Shown here piece by piece: positions 58,837 to 64,000 of a stretch of DNA of 64,000 nucleotides (the stretch's first letter is position 1; each line of letters begins with the position of its first letter). The notes under the pieces were generated by a model. That model saw only the letters and a program-made list of their open reading frames with translations, made no database searches and was not told where the DNA came from. Source of the DNA: the human T2T-CHM13v2.0 reference genome, Homo sapiens. The DNA lies in NCBI RefSeq assembly GCF_009914755.1, contig NC_060930.1. One strand, 5' to 3'. A program made the translations under genes and the position numbers.

Positions 58837-59423
58837 GAGTGCATGAAAGAAAAGCTTGTTAATTCCTCCTTGACTTCATAATGATCTCACCTCTAACAAG
58901 GGTTTCCCAATATTGAGAATATCTTAAACATACATATGCTATCCTCTCCGTCCCTCCTAGGCCCGCCCTCTACCTGAGGTAACTAGTATTCTTGGTCTTG
59001 TATTTATTGTTCTCTGCCAAGTTTTGCAGGGCTTGAATATTATGTGAATTTGACAGCTTCCTTTAGGACAAAGAATAAAACATTGTCAGTTAAAAAAAAA
59101 TGCCCACTCCAGTGCAGTGTCGCCCAGCGTGAGAGGTTGTGTGGAGAAGGGGAAGTTAGGATGGAGCGAGGTGGTGGTCTTTACCAATGGCAGTTTCCTT
59201 TTGCAGATTTTGCAAAAAAAACGTGAGCATGTGCGTTTATTGTTAGAGCCACCCCTCAGACTTGGAAAGGAGCTCATAAAAGTAAGGGCTCCTGAAATTT
59301 AAACTTCAGCAGTCACTGTGAAACTACCTCTGTGTATGTGTATGTGTGTGCATGTGGGTGTGCATACACACATACATCCCTGAAAACTGTGTTGGTTTTA
59401 GTTGATTGTAACTCTTTTTTTAA

Positions 59424-59733
<310 letters not shown>

Positions 59734-61244
59734 TGGTAAAATATGAATTTTATACCTTGTTCTAGGAGAACAGGACATATATATTTGATTGTTATTGCTA
59801 TTGTTTTATAACTTGGAGGAATTATGAGCTGAAATTTTATTACTTACACTTTATTTTCTGCATTTTTTAAAGGACATGTGAATTCCAGAGAATTGTCCTT
59901 ATTTATTTTGGCTGAATTAATAGGGCAAATTTGCCTCCTCTGAAGGAAAAAAAATAGACAAGAAAGATCTCTTTAAATACCAGCCTGGTGTTGTTCTGTG
60001 TTAGAGAAATTCTGGCTTTTGCTTCAGACCTCCAGTCCTGGTTTCCAGAAGAGGAGCACTTTCTGGTTCTCATTCAGGCCCTTAGTGGATCTTCTTCCAA
60101 GATTTTTAAAAATATGACCATTAGCTTACATTTTCCTATGTGTTCAATCCTCTTCTCAGCAGAAGTGTTTGCGGTGGATTTTTGAGGGTGGGAGTGTGGT
60201 CAATGACGCAACTGAGCCTTTCAGGGACTTGGAAATAAAGCTGTTTTATTGTGATGACCAGTTTTGTGCAGAATCATCTCATTCTTTTCTGCACGTGGTG
60301 AGTTTTGAAGTGAAACTTAAAGTTTAATGAGATACAGCAGCTGGAGTTGGGCATTTTGAAAAGAGGTAAAGAGAGATAATTGTAGTAAAACATACTGTAA
60401 GGCCTTACTTATCTGGAATAGCATGGAATGAAGAGCTCCAGATAATGGTGTTTTCTAGAAAGTGAAAGTTTAGAGCTTTAACCATCATACCCTCCCCTTT
60501 TTTCTTTAACCATTTGTTGGAAATCTCTTTAAAACATATTACACATGGTTTTCTTCTCCAGTGGAACTATTAGTCATCGTTTGAATCTCGTAAGACATTG
60601 TTTCTGGAATCTGGCTGTGATACAGTCATCTCCTCTGGATCCGTCATGATGGGTGGGACCCGCTGTCCTGCCCTTACCTGGCCTTGGTCTGTCCTGCTGG
60701 GTGCACTCTTGGGTCTGTTGTAGGTTTGCATCTCCTGTGTGGTCCCTTGGCCTTGTCCCTGCTCTCAAGTGGCTGGTCGTAGCAGCTCTCCATCCCACTA
60801 ACCTGCTGATTCTAACAGGCAGTAAATTCAGGGAGCAAATACAGAACGTGTTGGAATTTGTAAAACAGCAGGAATGGCCCTCACTGGAGCTCCAAGTGCT
60901 TGCTGGATGTTTCCTCTCCTGGAGACAGGAGCCGTTTTTTCCTGGTGTGCCGGCTCACTTACCGCACTTAAAACCGACTGCTCTTAATGAATAAGGGAAC
61001 AGCGTGCCTCATCTTTATCTCTTTACCTCTTTTAGACGTTAGGCCATTAGCTCTTATTTTCAGTTGTGTTCTACATAAGCAAGCCTGATGGATGACTCTG
61101 AATAAGTAAATAAGATTTAATTGAATTATGCAATTTTCAGTTTCTCTCAGATAATACCAAATCAAACAAAGGTGAAGCCAAACACACATAAAAGATTCGT
61201 TTTGCTAAAGCACAGTGTGAATATTTTAATTGACTTTTATTGTA

Positions 61245-61900
<656 letters not shown>

Positions 61901-63299
61901 TAGTTACATATCAACAAAATTGAAAAGTAAAAAATAAAAATAATACAATAATTGTAATGATAAACTGAAATTTTAACCTTCACCTTAGCTATAAGAATAG
62001 AGGTATAGCCTCCTTTCCCATAAGGATTTCCTGGAGTACAGAGCCCTAGTTCCAAATTTTTTTCCAAGGCCACTCAGAAAGGGTTGTTAAGCTTCTTTGT
62101 TTTCTGTTTTAAACAAGAATTTCAGAAGCAAGATGTGGAGATTTTGCCTATTAGAGATTTTTTTCTTGGTCTTATTTTCTTTTATATCAAGTGATTTGAC
62201 TAAAGGACTGAAAGTCCTGAGTGAGGATCCAGGGCCCAGGCAGACATACTAGGGCCTTGTGGGTGACAGAAAAAGGCACTCCTTGGGACTAATTCTACAA
62301 CGGTGCCCTTCCTGAGGCGAACACTGGCACCATGGCTTGTGAATGGAGCATGGCCTCCCTTTCAGCCCCTGACCCCTCCTCCCAGGCCACGTCAGGCAGG
62401 GCACTCTGGTGTGGGGTGCAGTCCTGTGACAATCCCTGCATCAGTGTGGGGCCTGGCAGGAACATGGTTGGAGGCTCACAGATCTGAGTCCTAAGGCTCG
62501 CAGGGTCTGTCCAGGGCACCTGTAAGTAAGCCATCATCACTGACATTGTGTTGATTTAAGAATTGAAACTCCAGGCCTGGGGCAACTTGCCGAGGGTTAT
62601 AAAGCCATTACATGGTAGGGAGTGGGGTCTTGAGCCAGAGCTCTGGTCATCTCTGATGACGACCAAGGCCCACCCCCCTCCATCCCATCCGGAATCCAGA
62701 TTGCATTGGTTGAGCGTATCACCCCTCTCTTCCCTCTGTTTTCCATCCTCATGGTGGTCACAGCAGCTCAGCCCATTGCCCTCTTCTGCAAGGCCGAGCC
62801 CACCCTCCTGGGCTGCAGCCATAGCTGTGGCTGTCCTTACCCGCTGTGGATGCCGCTGTGGGACTTCTCTCTTTTTCTCTCCACAAAGAACCAAAGAATG
62901 TTCTTTGTGGCACATTTTTTTTTTTTTTTCAACCAGAAAGTACTACCTCAAGCCTCCTGGAAAATTCCTTATTATTTCAGAAACATCACTGTACTTCTTC
63001 CGTTGACTCAGCACTTCTGTCTCCTTTTCAAGTGTGGATTTCAGACCCTTGTCATTCTATGGAGCAAATGAAATACAGTCTTGAGGAGAAGCATTACGTA
63101 ACATTAAATTTCATCACAGCTCTTTTTAAGAATACTTTGAGAATTTCAGAGTGTTTTCAAGGGAATCTCTTTGACGTTAGTTCCTCCTCTTGGTTCCTCA
63201 CCAGATAAAGGAAATCTCCAACTCTGGGGAAGACATGTGAGGGAAGTCTGGGAGAATGTCGTGCATTGACACCCATGAACTTGCTGACATCTGGAGGAA

Positions 63300-63445
63300 T
63301 GAGCAGGGCTGAGAGAATTCCGGTCCTGGTCCTGCCTCTGTTGCTCCCACCACGCCAGGGAAATAATAATTCCCACTCAGCCCGCTCCACGGGATGTCGT
63401 AAGGACAAAATGAGATGTGATATATGTGGAAACACTTGGAAAATT
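63300..63445 (+). mobile_element. MIR fragment
   Basis: 'ggaaataataattccc...ggatgtcgtaaggacaaaatgagatgtgatatatgtggaaacactt' resembles the MIR 3' half. Confidence 0.6.
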
Positions 63446-63851
63446 CAGACGTTAAAGTGACTCTAGAAATGTAGGTGTCATCATGGCTGGAAATATTAGT
63501 ATAGCTTTGAGAGAAAAGGACATTTTTGGTCAAATAAGTTTACAGAATAGTGAATTATTCTCTCCTTGTGGGCTCTCAACACGTCTTAACATTTTAAAGC
63601 CTCCCCTAAGTCCTGCAGGAAAGAAATCCTTTTCGATTCTGTTTAACTTAGTGTTTCTCAGTGTTTTTTCCCCCTCCTGTTAGCTGCCTCTGTGAACTGC
63701 TGTGAGTGGAGTTCTTGGAGGGCTTGTGAACTCAGCAGAAAGACTTTGTGATATTTATTTTGGCTGCTTATTTACTCAGGTTTATTCCAGATACAGGAGG
63801 TCTCCAGACACTGAGTTATAGATCAGTGAGGTATTATTGTATTTTATTATA

Positions 63852-63946
63852 GACACATACATATACAAATACATGTGTGTGTATATATACACACACACAC
63901 ACACAAATACATGTGTGTGTATATATATACACACACACACACACAC
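63852..63946. repeat. Compound (TG)(TA)(CA) microsatellite, duplicated unit
   Basis: Two copies of 'acaaatacatgtgtgtgtatatatacacacacacac'. Each contains a self-complementary TG/TA/CA core. Confidence 0.9.
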
Positions 63947-63951
63947 TTATG

Positions 63952-64000
63952 CAGGAATACCTTGTTTTATTGTGGTTCACTGTATTGTACTTCACAGATA
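63952..64000 (+). mobile_element. Tigger1 5' end (runs off window)
   Basis: 'caggaataccttgttttattgtggttcactgtattgtacttcacagata' matches the recalled Tigger1 start. Confidence 0.8.

Overview
Primate (almost certainly human) genomic DNA. About 30 kb of repeat-dense upstream sequence is followed by the CpG-island promoter, 5' UTR and first coding exon of UST (uronyl 2-O-sulfotransferase, + strand, ATG at 31227, splice donor after 31473), then about 32 kb of its first intron. No other credible protein-coding exon was found. Most other ORF-track entries overlap Alu, L1, LTR or low-complexity DNA, or the GC-rich island, and none is recognisable. I see no new multi-gene system. The most notable structures are: (1) a UST 5' leader with a strong-Kozak 6-codon uORF and a 31-codon uORF whose stop overlaps the main start (ATGA); (2) a ~4.3 kb AT-rich compound VNTR inside the central linker of one Alu; (3) an L1PA 3' transduction inserted into a THE1 LTR; (4) a 319-bp locally templated L1 copy inside a MER11 LTR with a template-switch junction; (5) two tandem AluY copies sharing one target-site duplication; (6) multi-level transposon nests. 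Repeat subfamily names come from recalled consensus features and need RepeatMasker/Dfam confirmation.
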